The notes beneath the pieces were generated by a model. It ran no database searches and was not told where the DNA came from. It worked only from the letters and a program-made list of their open reading frames with translations. From Marsupella aquatica (Eukaryota; Plantae; Marchantiophyta): a stretch of DNA of 64,000 nucleotides. The stretch spans positions 2,359,312 through 2,423,311 of the forward strand of contig OZ316897.1 in the NCBI GenBank assembly GCA_973895155.1, given 5' to 3'. Both the position numbers and the translations under genes were made by a program. This document shows positions 1 through 12,816 of this stretch, one piece after another (within the stretch, counting starts at the first letter, position 1; each line of letters starts with the position of its first letter).

Positions 1-2220
1 GTTCCGGTTGAGGGAAGTACCCAAAATAGTAGCGGAAGAAATGTCGTGTAGAATTCCACAGAAACTGAGTAGGATAGTGAAGAAAGGAGGAGATCCAGCG
101 TTGGATTCTGAGCAGCCTGAAAAAAATGAAAAGTGTCACTTTAGTCCAGGCGTCTTTGTAGATGATGCTGCCTCTACACCAATATAAGGCCCCAGTCCCG
201 GGAATCCCACAAATTCGAGGGCTGCCTAGGAACAATAACTTTTCATGTAGCGAATCAAATTGCACATCAAGGGGTGGTCCTTGATTTCCATTCACGCAAA
301 TAATTTCGGGAAGCGGCCGATACAACAATCAACGTTCACCTTGGGCCTCATATTTTGGATACTCATTCCGTCCTGATCTTGTAAGGACTGAGAAGCCCAT
401 AGTGATTTCATGCTTAAAGTTAACCAGATTGCATCTCTCTCCCTTCTATCTCTATCCTGCCGCCCTCCTGACTCCTAATACCTGCCACTCTTCACGACCA
501 TGTGCAAGAGTTCCCGATGGATCTATTGGTAGATCCCTGACACCAACACACCGCTTGCCAGCCTTTTCCAACCATGTCGAACACAAAATTGCAGTTGCAT
601 ACAAGTGTGTGCATGTTTCCATCGAAGCCATATACCTGAAGCCGGACAATGAACGGCACGCTCTTCTCCACTCGCTTGACTACATAGGGCTGGAGAATTG
701 ACCTCACTCGCACCGTGAGCATACTCAAACGAGCCACGTATAGCCAGCTGATGACCCCTGCAATGATGAGGACCTGCCAGACCGGGAATGTTGAGAACAC
801 CAAGAGTTCCTCCCCTGCCCGAGTGTGATTGTTCCCGGAGAAGAATACTTCCGCCATCTCTTATTTCCCTTTCCTCTAATGACCTGTTACCTTCAATTCA
901 GCTGCATCAATCTCCCTACCAAACCTACCCTGTTGATTTCTGTTCCCTGCCTGTCAAGCTCGCGTCGACCGCAAAGACCAACCCCTCTATCCCCTTGCGA
1001 ACAAATATCAGTCCTTGTGCCTCCTACTTGCCATGAGAAATCCAACTGAAGCCGTTCTGCTCCGCAACACGCCCACTCCTGGTGCCCACTTGAGAAGATA
1101 TGAAGACAGAAGTCATGCACAAATTCCAAACCCAGAGAGACCACTCCTTGGAAAATGCTGTCAGGGAAGGCATCAACACCCCACCAGGCCCCCGCCAGTC
1201 TATTTCAAAAAGGAACAGACTTCTATATAGGGAAACGCCTCATAGCGCCTCAGCACAACGTCCTCAAACGCCTGTGCTTCACCTAGCAACCGCCGAAGCG
1301 TACAACCTCCCTTCCGCTTCCTCCCTGTCTGCAACCGGAAACAAAAATCCTGCCAAGCAAGAAGCACAAGGACGACCCTGCGTACCTTCTGCAGGGTAGG
1401 AATTTTTTCCAGTCTTACAGGTACTGTAGGAGTTGCAAGCAGGTGGGCGACGCAGAGTAGCAAAAAACTCTGGAGAACTGCTCACAGCAAGCCTGAAGAG
1501 GTCTCCTCCAGGACTACTCAAACAGAGCTAACAAACCCCGGGGAGGACGGGTATGATACAGGAATGGTGATGAACTGATGATATGGCACTGCAGTCGGCA
1601 GTCCCGAGTTTGATGTGAGCCAGTCAGACAGGTGCACCAACAACAGCAAAGTGGAAGAACAGGTCATCGATCAGTGGTAATTTCGCCAGACGGCCAGTTT
1701 GTCAGACCCACCTTTACCCGTCCAGTATAGTGCGCAACAGCATGAACATGAATCGGCACTACTGTGTAGAATTTAGCCAAGAATCTACCAATCGAAGTCG
1801 TTCGTCTAGAATATGGACGGATGACGTTAACACAGCTCGAACATTCGCGCAACCGCCAGGCAGCCGCGCAACGTCGAAAAGCAGAATTGTCCAGGAGTGC
1901 TAGTTTCCTGCATGGAAAAAGCAGCTTTACATTAAAGAATGTCCTGTAGGCCTGTTGTTCGTTAGGTTTTTCTACCGTTCTCTCCTCCGCACCACACCAC
2001 AAGAATACAGTACAGTAGTAAACCTTTTGGTGCCCGTCGGGTCTCACCGTGTCGAACATCCAGAGCGCGCCAGCTGCACACAGTATTGACCACGCGAAAT
2101 AGTCAATCCCCCCAGCAGCGCACAGCGCAGCACAGGCTCTACAGCAGTGGCTGCTCCACAGACGGCGGCAGACAGGCAATTGCATGCACACGAATCATCA
2201 TGATCGTACCCTTCATCCAT
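1..2220 (-). CDS. Unidentified multi-exon gene, probably a membrane protein, truncated at the left window edge; exon structure uncertain
   Basis: Series of short minus-strand segments bounded by AG/GT. 2048-2220 (ATG at 2220) splices in frame to 1718-1907. Further candidate exons give ...YPAE|DREEAEGRLYASAVAR|LAGPGGVLMPSLTAFSKEWSLWVWNLCMTSVF, EELLVFSTFPVWQVLIIAGVISWLYVARLSMLT, ...YEAQ|AALEFVGFPGLGPYI and SPPFFTILLSFCGIL. Several hydrophobic stretches; no family motif recognised. Confidence 0.4.
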
Positions 2221-2800
2221 CTCGCCGTATCATCCGCTTCCCTGGCCCACTCCTCCTGCTATGCCTCGTTGTCAAACGAATCCAAGTCGCTTCACAAATC
2301 ACAACAGAGGCAAAACTCGCCAGCATTCAGAGCGGACCAAAGAAAACCACTAAACGAGCAGAGTCCGCGATGAAACCTCCATCAAACTAAAAGGTAATCT
2401 CCCTTCAGTGGTAAATTGATACTCCATACTCGTAAACACTAGCTTAGCTCCCTAATTGGGGACAATTTTGATATCCTTCTCCGCCTCTCCCTCGTCGTCG
2501 GTAAGCTTTGCTGAAAATCGCCACACCTAGCGATCGCAATTCTCCCGAGGTGGGCCCCCACTTCTCCATGCTTCTAGAGATTCCGGCGCAATCACCGATC
2601 TTCTCTGCTTTGCTCTTTCCTTGCTGGCTTGCTGCCGGCGATGGACTGTCGAAGCTTTTCTACTTCGACCTCCTTCCCTGAGACCTTCCTCGCCTAAATT
2701 TCTCGACTAGCTCGAGACCTTCGTCGTCGTCGTCGCCTTTCGCGTTGCTCTTGTCGGTCTTCTGCCGATTCGAGTTTGTTGGTGCGCCAACAACGACTAG

Positions 2801-3230
2801 TTTTGGACCGTCGGCATGCGGGAAGGACACCGTCGAATACCCGGGGAGGGCGAGCCCTACCGTCGACCTCAGGTCCTACCGACTGCTTTTGGACCATCGG
2901 CATTCGGGAAGGACACCGTCGAATGCCCGGGGCCGCCGAGCCCTACCGTCGACCTCAGGTCCTAGGGACTACTTTTGGACCGTCGGCGTGCGGGAGGACA
3001 CCGTCGAACACCCGGGGCGGCCGAGCCCTACCGTCGACCTCATGTCCTACGGTTAGTTTCGGACCGCCGGCGTGCGGGAAGGACACCGTCGAATTCCCGG
3101 GGCGGCTGAGCCCTACCGTCGACCTCAGGTCCTACCGATTACTGTAGTTTGGGACGGTCGGCATGTTGGAAGAAGACACCGTGGAATACCCGGAGCGGCC
3201 GAGCCCTACCGTCGACCTCAGGTCCTACTT
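2801..3230. repeat. GC-rich tandem array, 5 units of about 86 bp
   Basis: Unit TTTTGGACCGTCGGCATGCGGGAAGGACACCGTCGAATACCCGGGG..GAGCCCTACCGTCGACCTCAGGTCCTA starts at about 2801, 2887, 2973, 3058 and 3148. Confidence 0.95.
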
Positions 3231-4649
3231 TTGCACCCACTCTGCTCAGTCGAGTTCGGCCCCTGCCGTCCTGGGAGTTCACCCTTGATTTTTAGTGGAG
3301 AATATTGGCTACTGTAGATTCCATCTCTCCATAAGGTTTTTCCCAGTTTTGTGAAAATTGGCTATGCTAGCCAGAGGTTCCATTAGGGCTAAAATTGCTC
3401 TCCAAGGCGCCAAACTAATTCTCTAGGACTCACATAACTTTGTTGCTTGCATTTCTCTGTCTTCAGGAACATAAGTCCTACTCTCCTAATTTACAATTCA
3501 TTTTTGTTTTTTATGCACCTGCTGTATTGGGGCATAGGGACAACTATATAGGGCAACCGGTCTAGTTCCTGCACAATGAATAGCACAAGTCCAATTCTGA
3601 GCAAAGGCATCAAAGCACTGCTATAAGCAAGATTTTATGAGTATGACCTTCTGAATGTCTGATCCTTATGGGACATGTAAATTGTCATGGCCATAAAACC
3701 ATTTTATGTCCTTTGCTGTATCTCATCTAGAGCCCTATCTTGACAAGTCCTATTAGCCCAATTGAAACTTACCAGCCATCCTTAAATCTAAGGAGATCTG
3801 ATGGTCAGAATTTTAATTCAGGAAAATCAGATAATATTCCCAGAATCTTCTCCTTCAGGCCCTGACATTTGCCACACTGACTGGAAAAACAGTAAAAACC
3901 TTAAAGATTACGCTCTTTCAGCTGATGCAGGGGGGGATGGGAGGCTTTCCTTTGAGTTTGGCAAGGGGCCACGGATGCTGTAAAATGCATGATATGTATG
4001 GTGATCTACATGTAGAGTGTGTAACTTACATGCATAGTATTTTGTCAATGAATGCAAACTCTAGGGGGTGACGTACAAGTAGATTGTAAGTTTTGTGCAG
4101 TATAGCTTTTTGTGTCAAATAATGAAAGAAAATACTAAGTGGGCATGATAGGTAAGTAAACATTTTCCTCCCAATCTCAAGTGAGCACTTAGGATATGAC
4201 CTACTAAATATATATACCGCACTACCAAAGAACAAAAACAGTCAAATTCAAGACCAACAAGGGGGAGAAAACAAGAGAAAAAACCCAAGATGACAAATGA
4301 GTTAAGATGCCCAATAGTCCAACACAACCACAAAGGAACTAAAGCCTTACTCAGCAAAACTGAAAAGTCTGGTAAAACTTGCAGGGTAACTATATACTGA
4401 GGAGGATCACCAAAAAGAATTTTGTCTAGAGGTCACCCTAAACCTAACAGCCTTGGCCCTCCACAAGATAATGAAAGCCTGAGTGTTCCCTAATACTACA
4501 GACATCCATTGTCTAAAGAAGACAATAAGGACAAAAACTGGGGATAAGGTCATCACTAAACATGAAAAATCACAAAACTTCAGTACAGATCAGGAGTCAG
4601 CCCTCAAATATCATAATAAAGTTGTTGGTGCTTGTAGTGTGCCCTGGTT

Positions 4650-6290
4650 AGTTGGCTGGGAATCTTAAGTCTGCCCATCAAATGAAATCATTTGTGAATG
4701 TGATGCTCCCATGAATCTCAGTGTTTGTTCATGAAACTGGATGAACCTAACACTAGTACCCACTTCCTCAGGGGGGCTGGGGAGTACCTTCATATGTGTG
4801 TGAAGCATGATACAACAAAGTGTTTATTAAGGCAAATATCTACGCTGTTCACCTTAATTAGTGTTATGCAAGAATTAGTGTTATGCAAGAATTAGTGTTA
4901 TTACAAAATTAGTGTTACTAACACTAATTTTGAGTCCAAGCAACACTAATTTTTGTTGGTTTTCAAAACAGATTTTTTTCACTTTAGTTTAAATTGCTTG
5001 TAAAAAAATATATGATCTTTCGTCCAAAGTAACACTAATTGTTGTGGATTTTTTTTAAATAGTTTTTTTTCTTTATTTTGCCACTCTTAAGACCAAAGTA
5101 ACACTAATTCATGTGTGCAAAACAATGTTAGAACAAAATTAGTGTGACTAACACTAATTTGCGAGTAGACCCTGAAAATGGGCGCTCTCAAATTAGTGTT
5201 AGTCACGCTAATTACGGTGAACAATGTAGATATCATCATGTATGCCAAATACCAACAGGGTGGATAAGTACACATATTAGAATCACTAGGAAAGTCATGC
5301 ATCACAGTTAGAATGAGGAATATCCAAGTTGCAAAGCAAGGAAGTTTGTGGACCTCCCTATGGTAAGAGTTGCTGACAAATGACAAGTCTCAAGGATACT
5401 TCTAGTGAGATATGGTGCCAAAGAAGATGAATGAATGATTGTATCAGAGATTTACAGCATCACCACTTTTTTACCAGATTACATACTTTGCCACATTTTT
5501 AGTTTAATTACCATATTAAATATTGCCACTTTTTCTACTGCTGGTTAAGCAAAGTAACTCTGGCCTACTTGGAATGATCCAACACTCAATGTATTGTTGT
5601 CTGACTAGTGATTGAAGTGTGGTTAGTTGGCGTCCACCAATATGGAATTTAACTCTGCCCATCAAATGAAACTCATATGTGAATTTGATGCTCCAAGGAA
5701 TCTCAGTGTTTGTTCATGCAACTGAGACAGACCCAACACTTGTATTGAATTCCTTAGGAGGCAGGGGAGTACCTTCATATATGTGTGAAGCATGAGGCAA
5801 AAAAGTGTTTATCAAGGAAAATATTTAAATGTCATCATGTACGCCAAATATCAGTAGGGTGGATAATTACATGGGATTATAATAAAACAAAAAGCAAGGC
5901 ATCAAAGTTCAAATGAGGAATAATCCAAGCTGCAAAGCAAGGAAGTTCATTGAACCTCCCCGTGGTAAAAATTTGTGAAGAACAACAAATATCAATGAAG
6001 GATATTTCTAGTAAGATACAACGCCAAAGTAGATGAATAACTATAACTGAGATTTACGGCTTCAATCGCCACTTTTTATGGTCAGATTGCATTCTTTGGG
6101 ACCTTTTTTAGGTTAACTACTAGGTTGCCACTGTTTTCCATTGCTGGCTAAGCAAGGTAAGTCTACCTAGCATGGAATGATCCAACACTCAAAATTTAGT
6201 TGTCTCGTGATTGTAATGTGGTTAGTGGACTGTACAACATGGGGAATCTTAACTATTTAGTTCATAGCCACTTTTTATCAGATTACATAG
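4650..6290. repeat. Degenerate ~600-bp tandem duplication, with a third partial copy continuing at 13161-13410 beyond the Copia insertion
   Basis: CTGCCCATCAAATGAAA...GGGGAGTACCTTCATAT occurs at about 4671 and 5655. CTGGTTAAGC..GGAATGATCCAACACTCAA-like blocks occur at about 5540, 6145 and 13360. Short CCACTTTTT..CAGATTACAT motifs recur. Confidence 0.8.
4843..5226. mobile_element. Tc1/mariner-type MITE (384 bp) with TA target-site duplication
   Basis: Left end CGCTGTTCACCTTAATTAGTGT matches the reverse complement of the right end (CATTGTTCACCGTAATTAGCGT). TA lies at 4841-4842 and 5227-5228. Many AATTAGTGTT/AACACTAATT subterminal repeats. The element is absent from the paralogous segment at about 5820. 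Confidence 0.85.
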
Positions 6291-6295
6291 TTTGG

Positions 6296-6639
6296 TGTTG
6301 AGCATAGACGACATTCGTAACGGCAAGCCCATGAACCACCCAACGCACAATAGTCGACACAGAGAGATACGTGGTTCACCTCCACATGATGCTACGTCCA
6401 CGGGAACACACAAGAGCTTTACTGCACTCTAGGCCGACCAGCCATACCAAGCATCCACAGCACAAACTCTCCCTATCTCTCAACTAGCTCCGTAACAATG
6501 AGCCTAAGTTCCACCAGGGTCTGGCATCAGCCCTGGCTATATACACAACAGCACTACCGCTAACATTAGCTAAGTCCTAACCCGAGTTAGACTAATTATG
6601 GTTAGCTCATGAGTCACAAGACTAGAGCAATATCTAACA
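6296..6639 (-). repeat. 3' LTR of Copia copy 1
   Basis: TGTTGAGCATAG...TATCTAACA; about 12 substitutions relative to 12817-13160; abuts the PPT. Confidence 0.97.
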
Positions 6640-6641
6640 AA

Positions 6642-6650
6642 CTCCCCCTT
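6642..6650 (-). promoter_or_regulatory. Polypurine tract, Copia copy 1
   Basis: AAGGGGGAG on the minus strand just before the 3' LTR. Confidence 0.9.
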
Positions 6651-6846
6651 GACTCTTGTCTTGGGGACTGGACTAAATGCAACCATATGGATTCCTCAGC
6701 GGGAAGTTCTAGACAATCACCAAACCAGGTCTCCCCCTAAAAACCACAAGGGTTAACTAAGGATTAACTAGAACTAAGCCGTAGCCAAACAGGAATGAGT
6801 AATCCATATACAAATAGTCACACATTGCTAAATAACTCTACTTGCA

Positions 6847-9800
6847 CTACAGCTGCAAAACCTGCAAAGTAGCACGGTGTCTTGAGAAACTCTCCAAAGG
6901 AATCACTTTGGTAAAGGCATCAGCGGGATTGAGCTTTCCATCAATCTTGACTAGCTCAAAAGTTTTATCAGACACTGCTTGCCTGATAAAATGGTACCAG
7001 ATATCAATGTGCTTCACCCTGCTATCCATCACCTGGTTAGCAGCCAAGTGAAGAGCACTCTGACTATCACAGTTTAGAGTCATTTTGCCATGCTCTAAAC
7101 CCATCTCCGCGATCAACTAATCCAACTAAATTGCTTCCTTTGCTGCTTTGGCTGCTGCAACATACTCTACTTCTATAGTAGACTAAGATATGCACTTCTG
7201 CAAAGTAGATTTCCAATTGATACATTCTCCTCCAAGAGTAAATACAAACCCAGTTGTAGACCTCCTTGTATCCAGACAGCCTCCATAGTTAGAATCTACA
7301 TAGCCAACTAACGTTCTATCTGATCTGTTATCAAATAGTAATCCATAGTCATGTGTTCCTTTCAGATACCTGAGAATCCACTTCACAGCTTCCCAATGTA
7401 CCTTCCCTGGATTTGACATGAATCTACTAACCTTGCCCATCGCTAGGGCCAAGTCAGGCCTAGTACAAGTCATCAAATACATCAGACTGCCTACTGCCTT
7501 CTCATAAGGAATCTTAGCCATCAGACCTTTCTCCACAGCATCCGTAGGAGAGAAAGCCGATGATAACTTGAAATGTGAAGCTAAAGGAATACTCACTGGC
7601 TTACAATTTTCCATGTTGAATCGTGTCAAAACCTTCTTCGCATATTGGCCTTGACTCAAGCACAACTGTCCAGTATCAGAGTTCCTAAAAATCTCCATCC
7701 CTAAGATTCTCTTGGCCTTACCAAGATCCTTCATCCCGAATTCAGCACTCAATTTTGCCTTGAGACTGTCAACCTCAAATTGATCTTTAGCCACAATCAG
7801 CATGTCATCCACATAGATCACCAGAATGATGAAACCAAATACATCATTCTTGACTGATTTTGTATACACACAAGGATCATACACCATCCTTGTAAAACCT
7901 TGAGCAAACATGAAATCATCAAATCGCTTGTTCCATTGTCTGGGAGACTGCTTCAATCCATACAAGGACTTGAGCAATCTGCAAACTAAGTTCTCTTGGC
8001 CCTTCTTCATAAAGCCTAGTGGCTGTCTCATGAAGATCAACTCTTCCAAGTTGCCATGTAGAGAAAAGTTGTAACACCATCCATCTGATCCATCACCAGA
8101 TTAAAAAACACAACAAGTTGACACAAGATCCGAATTGTGGAATACTTAGCCACCGATGAAAGGACCTCATTGTAATCCACTCCTTTCTCCTGAGTGAACC
8201 CCTTGGCAACAAGCCTTGCCTTGTAGATCTTGTCTCCACCCTCTGAAGGACTATCCTTCAACTTGTAAATCCACTTGCTGTCCACCACTTGCTGACCTCT
8301 TGGAAGCTCCACCAGCTCCCAAGTCTTGTTGTCACTCAAAGATTGCAACTCCCTCTGCATTGCTGCATTCCACTCATGCTTCTGCTCTGAAGCACAAGCC
8401 TTACTGTATGAAGAAGGTTCTCCTTCTTCCAAGATCAAAGCCATGTCATCATCATCAGGTGCAATGTCAATATTATCTAGCTTAGATGAGTCTGCCCATT
8501 GACCATACCTGGTAGGAGCTCTAGTAGAATGATTGGAAGTTCTTCTGGAAGCCGATCTGTTGTTGCTGCTGGCTGAATTTGAGGTACCCCAACAACAATC
8601 TGCTCCTCTTGTTCTATCACAGGAACCAGCTCCAGGCCCGGAGCTTCTCATCTCTCCTATCATGAACAGCATCATGACTAATCTCCCCCTCAACCCGGTC
8701 CGGGATGGGAGATTTCCCCAAGTTGTCAATATGGGAGTCCTGAGAACTCTCCCCTTTCTTTGTTGATCTGGACTCATTAAAGGACACATCTCTACTGACA
8801 ATTAATTTACAGGTTACTAGATCCCATAACCTATAACCCTTCACACCTTTCTAATAGCCAAGGAAAATACACTTCTTCAACTTGGACTCCAGCTTGGATC
8901 GAAGCTGGGAAGGTGTAAGCACATAAGCATCACATCCAAAAATCTTCAGATGTGAATAATCTGCTGGACGCTCGTACCTCATTTCAAATGGTGTCTTGAA
9001 TCCAATAGAATTGGATGGAGAAAAATTTACCAAATAAGCTGCAGTGTTGACAGCTTCAGCCCAAAACTCATGTGGTAAGCATGATTGACTCAACATACTC
9101 CTCGAGCGATCCAATAGTGTTTGGTTGAGTCTCTCAGAAACACCATTCTGCTGAGGAGTATAACTTGTTGTGAGATGGCGGATAATCCCCTACTCCTTAC
9201 AATATGTTCCAAATTCACCAGAACTGTATTCACCGCCGTTATTCGATCATAGATATCTCACCTTATTACTAGTCTGATTCTCAACTTGGGCTTTCCACTC
9301 CTTAAAAGTGGCAAAAACATCATACTTATGGTGTAGAAAGTATATCCACACATACCTTGAGTAATCGTCAATAAACGTGACATAGTATAACCGTCCAGAA
9401 TGTGAGGGAGTAGAGGCTAGACCCCACACATCACTATGTACATACTCAAGTACCTCCTTGCTGGTGTGAGTTCCAACTCCGAAGGATTTCTTGTGTTGCT
9501 TCCCAAGCACACAGTGCTCACAAAATTCCAACTTACAAGATTGCAAATTAGAAAGTAATCATTTCTTTTGAAGAATAGCCAAACCTTTTTCACTCATGTG
9601 GCCCAAACGGAAGTGCCATAGCCGGGCCATCTCCTCATGAGATAAGGTTATATTGGTTTCATCACAGACTACACTGCCCTCCAAAACATATAGATTGCTA
9701 TGTCTCTTTCCCTTCAATGCAACTTTAGTACCAGTTGAAACCTGAAGGACACCATTAGCAGAGCTCCACTGATGGTCATTTGCTTCTAAAACTCCAAGTG

Positions 9801-11118
9801 AAATGAGATTTTTCATCATGCTGGGAATATATCTCACATTCCTCAACGTTCTCACAGCACCATCAAACATCTAAAATCTTACAAATCCAAGACCAACAAC
9901 TTGACATGGGATTCCATTTCTCATCAACACTGATCTGTTGGAAACCGTGTAAGAACTGAAAAAATCTCTCCTAGAGCAAATGTGAAAAGTACATGCACTA
10001 TCTAGAATCCAGTTATCACTACCTAGATTTGATACTACGTTGAGAGCATAACCTTGGCATCACAATATGTCGTCATCATCGAGTAAATCTACCTCATGCA
10101 AGCTCGATGTCGCGTTAGCAGATGCAATAGGGACCTTTACTTGACAATCCCTTTTCATGTGGCTAGGCTTGCCACAATTCCAACATGCAAGAGGCTTCCT
10201 CTCTTGCAATTTTCCTCTGGATTTAGATCTCCCCCGTGATGTAGATCTAAACCTATTTTGCCCATTCGTGCGCTGCGCTGCTCTTCCACGGTTCACGTTC
10301 AGCGCAGTGCCAGAAGAAGATCATGTTGTCTGTGATTGACCTAGCTTCTTCTGAGCATCATCAGATAGTAAAGAGCTCACCACCTCATTATACGAAATGG
10401 ACTTTAGATCTCTGTACAAGAGTACCTGTTTCAAGCCCTGATATGATGGCGGAAAGGAGCTTAGTAGAAGCAAGGCCTTATCCTCATTTTTAACTCCTTT
10501 TCCTAGGTTTGACAGATCCACTGCTAGACTATCAAACTCATCCAAGTAATCCTGCATCTTGCTCCCTTCCTTGAGCCTGAGGCTCATCAAGAGAGACTTC
10601 TTGTATAGCCGGTATGATGTATCTTCCCGATAGTACTTCTCTCTTAGAGCTTTGAACAGTGACGCGCAATCCGCATAATCATCCAGCTGCTTGATGATGT
10701 GCGGCTTGAGATATAGCATCACTGCGTTGACAGCAATCACCTACTCCTGTCTCCACTGTCTCACAAAAATCTCCTCCTCTCCATCATACTGCTCTCGCGA
10801 TGCAAGCAGATGAGCTAAGCCCATGGCCCGAAGGACACCCTTCACTTGCTTCTCCTAGAGCAAGTAATCAGTACGACCATCGTACTTCTCCACCTCAAAC
10901 TTCACTCCTCCAAATCTAGTCATCTCCCTCTTCTTCCCTACTACCGATAGCTCTGGTAGTAGTATAGCTTCCTCCACTGCACGCCGCACTAGTGATCGTA
11001 CCGGTGTCACTAGTTCCTCCTCAAATGGTAGCAGCTCCTCCTCAGACTCACCGTCTGATCATCGCAATCCTGAAGCTCCACCGACGCCAATTCTTTCAGT
11101 ATCCTCCGAGTCACTCAT
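6847..11118 (-). pseudogene. Disrupted gag-pol polyprotein, Copia copy 1
   Basis: Fragments: Gag (10321-10740), zinc knuckle CWNCGKPSHMKRDC, pre-integrase [15 protein letters not shown], integrase HSDVWG..FIDDYSR, RT YKARLVAKGF / LYGLKQSPRQW / YVDD, RNase H DSQSALHLA..KHID. Several stops and frameshifts. Confidence 0.95.
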
Positions 11119-12802
11119 ATGAAACAATCACGAAAAAACGTCTTTTTTGAAACTTCTCATAAAACTCAAAACTCAACACCGCCGCATAGCCCACGAAGCT
11201 AGGAGTCCAATACTGAAATCCGAAATCAAAATCAAAATTCGACGGAAAAGTTATTCAAATTTTGGTCGGGGTGGGTAAAACCTTGGGAAACTCCCCCGTT
11301 TTGACCACCCCGGAGAATAACCAAAATACCAAGTACAACCCGTTGTCAGAATCGCGATGTGATCGATGCGCAGCGTTGCTAACTCCAGTGGCAACGTCCG
11401 CGCCGAAAAAGAACCAAAAAAGTTATCGTTTGGCAGACGAAATCTTCGTCGGACGGCCGAAAAAAAACTCTCTGTTTTTTGGGAATATTCCCGCACAGTC
11501 CAACAGGTCTCACAAGGGGCCATTCCCCTTGTCAGAGTGGTTAAAACGGAGGGCGGCAGGTCCTGGCACAAGGGACAACCAAACGAGAGGAAAAAATGGC
11601 ATAAAAAGGGGCCCTAAAGGGGTGCTAATCCCTAAATACTAAAAATACAGGTATAACAAAAGCGACGCGAGGCGGGCCAGGGGACGTACAGGGTATTGAG
11701 GCGGGGGCCGGGAGTAAAAAACAGTTGCGCATAAAGGCAGGGCCGCAGCCGCGTAGGTTTAAAACCGGGGCCGCGGAGGGAATACAAGGGGCTGTGACTG
11801 TGGTGAAGGCGGCAGCAGGATCGCGGCTGCATACGGGTGCACAGGGGCTCGGGAGGGGCCGATCGGCGACTGAGAGGGAAAACAAGGGGCTGGGGCGCCA
11901 AGTTAAGCGGGAGGACAGGAGGAACGTGGGCGAGTGCGCGAGAGGCGCCGGCCGGCGCTGCACAGCTTGCCGCTGCGCCAGGTTTGACGGGAAGTGGGGG
12001 GAAACGGCAAGTATGAGGGGGAGTATGAGGGGCCGGTTTGAGGTGTGTATACACCTCGTGTATATACACAAGTAAAACCCTTTTAAAACCCCCTAAAAAG
12101 TCAAAGATTAGCCCTTAACTTTAAAAAGCCGATTACTTATTTAACCGCTGCCGTTTCCAACAAGAAAAGTGAACGCCGCCGACGGGAAATATTGCCAAAT
12201 TGCACCGGCACAGTCTGCAAGCTTAGTAGAGACTAAAATTTTTTTCGCGTCGCCTTCACTCCGCGTCAAGTGCCAATCCCGGGCTCAAAATGACCACCTC
12301 GCCGCGATCAATCCGTTGAGCTGTAGTACTTCGCGTTTCTTCCACCGAGTCGGACGTCATGAAGAGAAACCCGGTTCAGATGAGAACAAGCTCCATAGCT
12401 TGTGAAAAAAACTTGAACGCCTCCGTCACTCGTCACGTCGCACTCGGTAACAACTCGGCAGCAATCCAGCAACCGAAACGACCAGCTCGCTTCAACCTTC
12501 AACTTGAGCTATAATGTGCGATCCCCCGATCACCGCAAAGCTCACACTGTTGAAAAACGCAAACTCTGGTCTCTCCCCTGAAAAACCGTCGAACATGAAT
12601 AAAACCTGAACGACGCAAACTTCGATTCCTCCGCACCACGGACACCGATCAACGAGTTCTAACCACCGTTAGAAAGCCCTCTCACTAACCTATCCGCTCA
12701 GCCACACACATTCAAGTTTCATGCGACGAAACTCCGAATGTACCATCGACAATGAACGCTGGAAAAACCTATCACGAAAAAACCTCGTCACCTCCCAGAC
12801 AT

Positions 12803-12814
12803 GCTCTGATACCA
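12803..12814 (-). promoter_or_regulatory. Primer-binding site (tRNA-iMet), Copia copy 1
   Basis: TGGTATCAGAGC on the minus strand, 2 nt from the 5' LTR. Confidence 0.95.
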
Positions 12815-12816
12815 CT

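Noticed and set aside
2801-3230. CRISPR-like appearance and repeated-peptide ORFs in the 86-bp array
   Set aside because: The units are long, the linkers only about 10 nt, there are no cas genes, and the context is eukaryotic. The frame shifts with each unit, so the ORFs are by-products.
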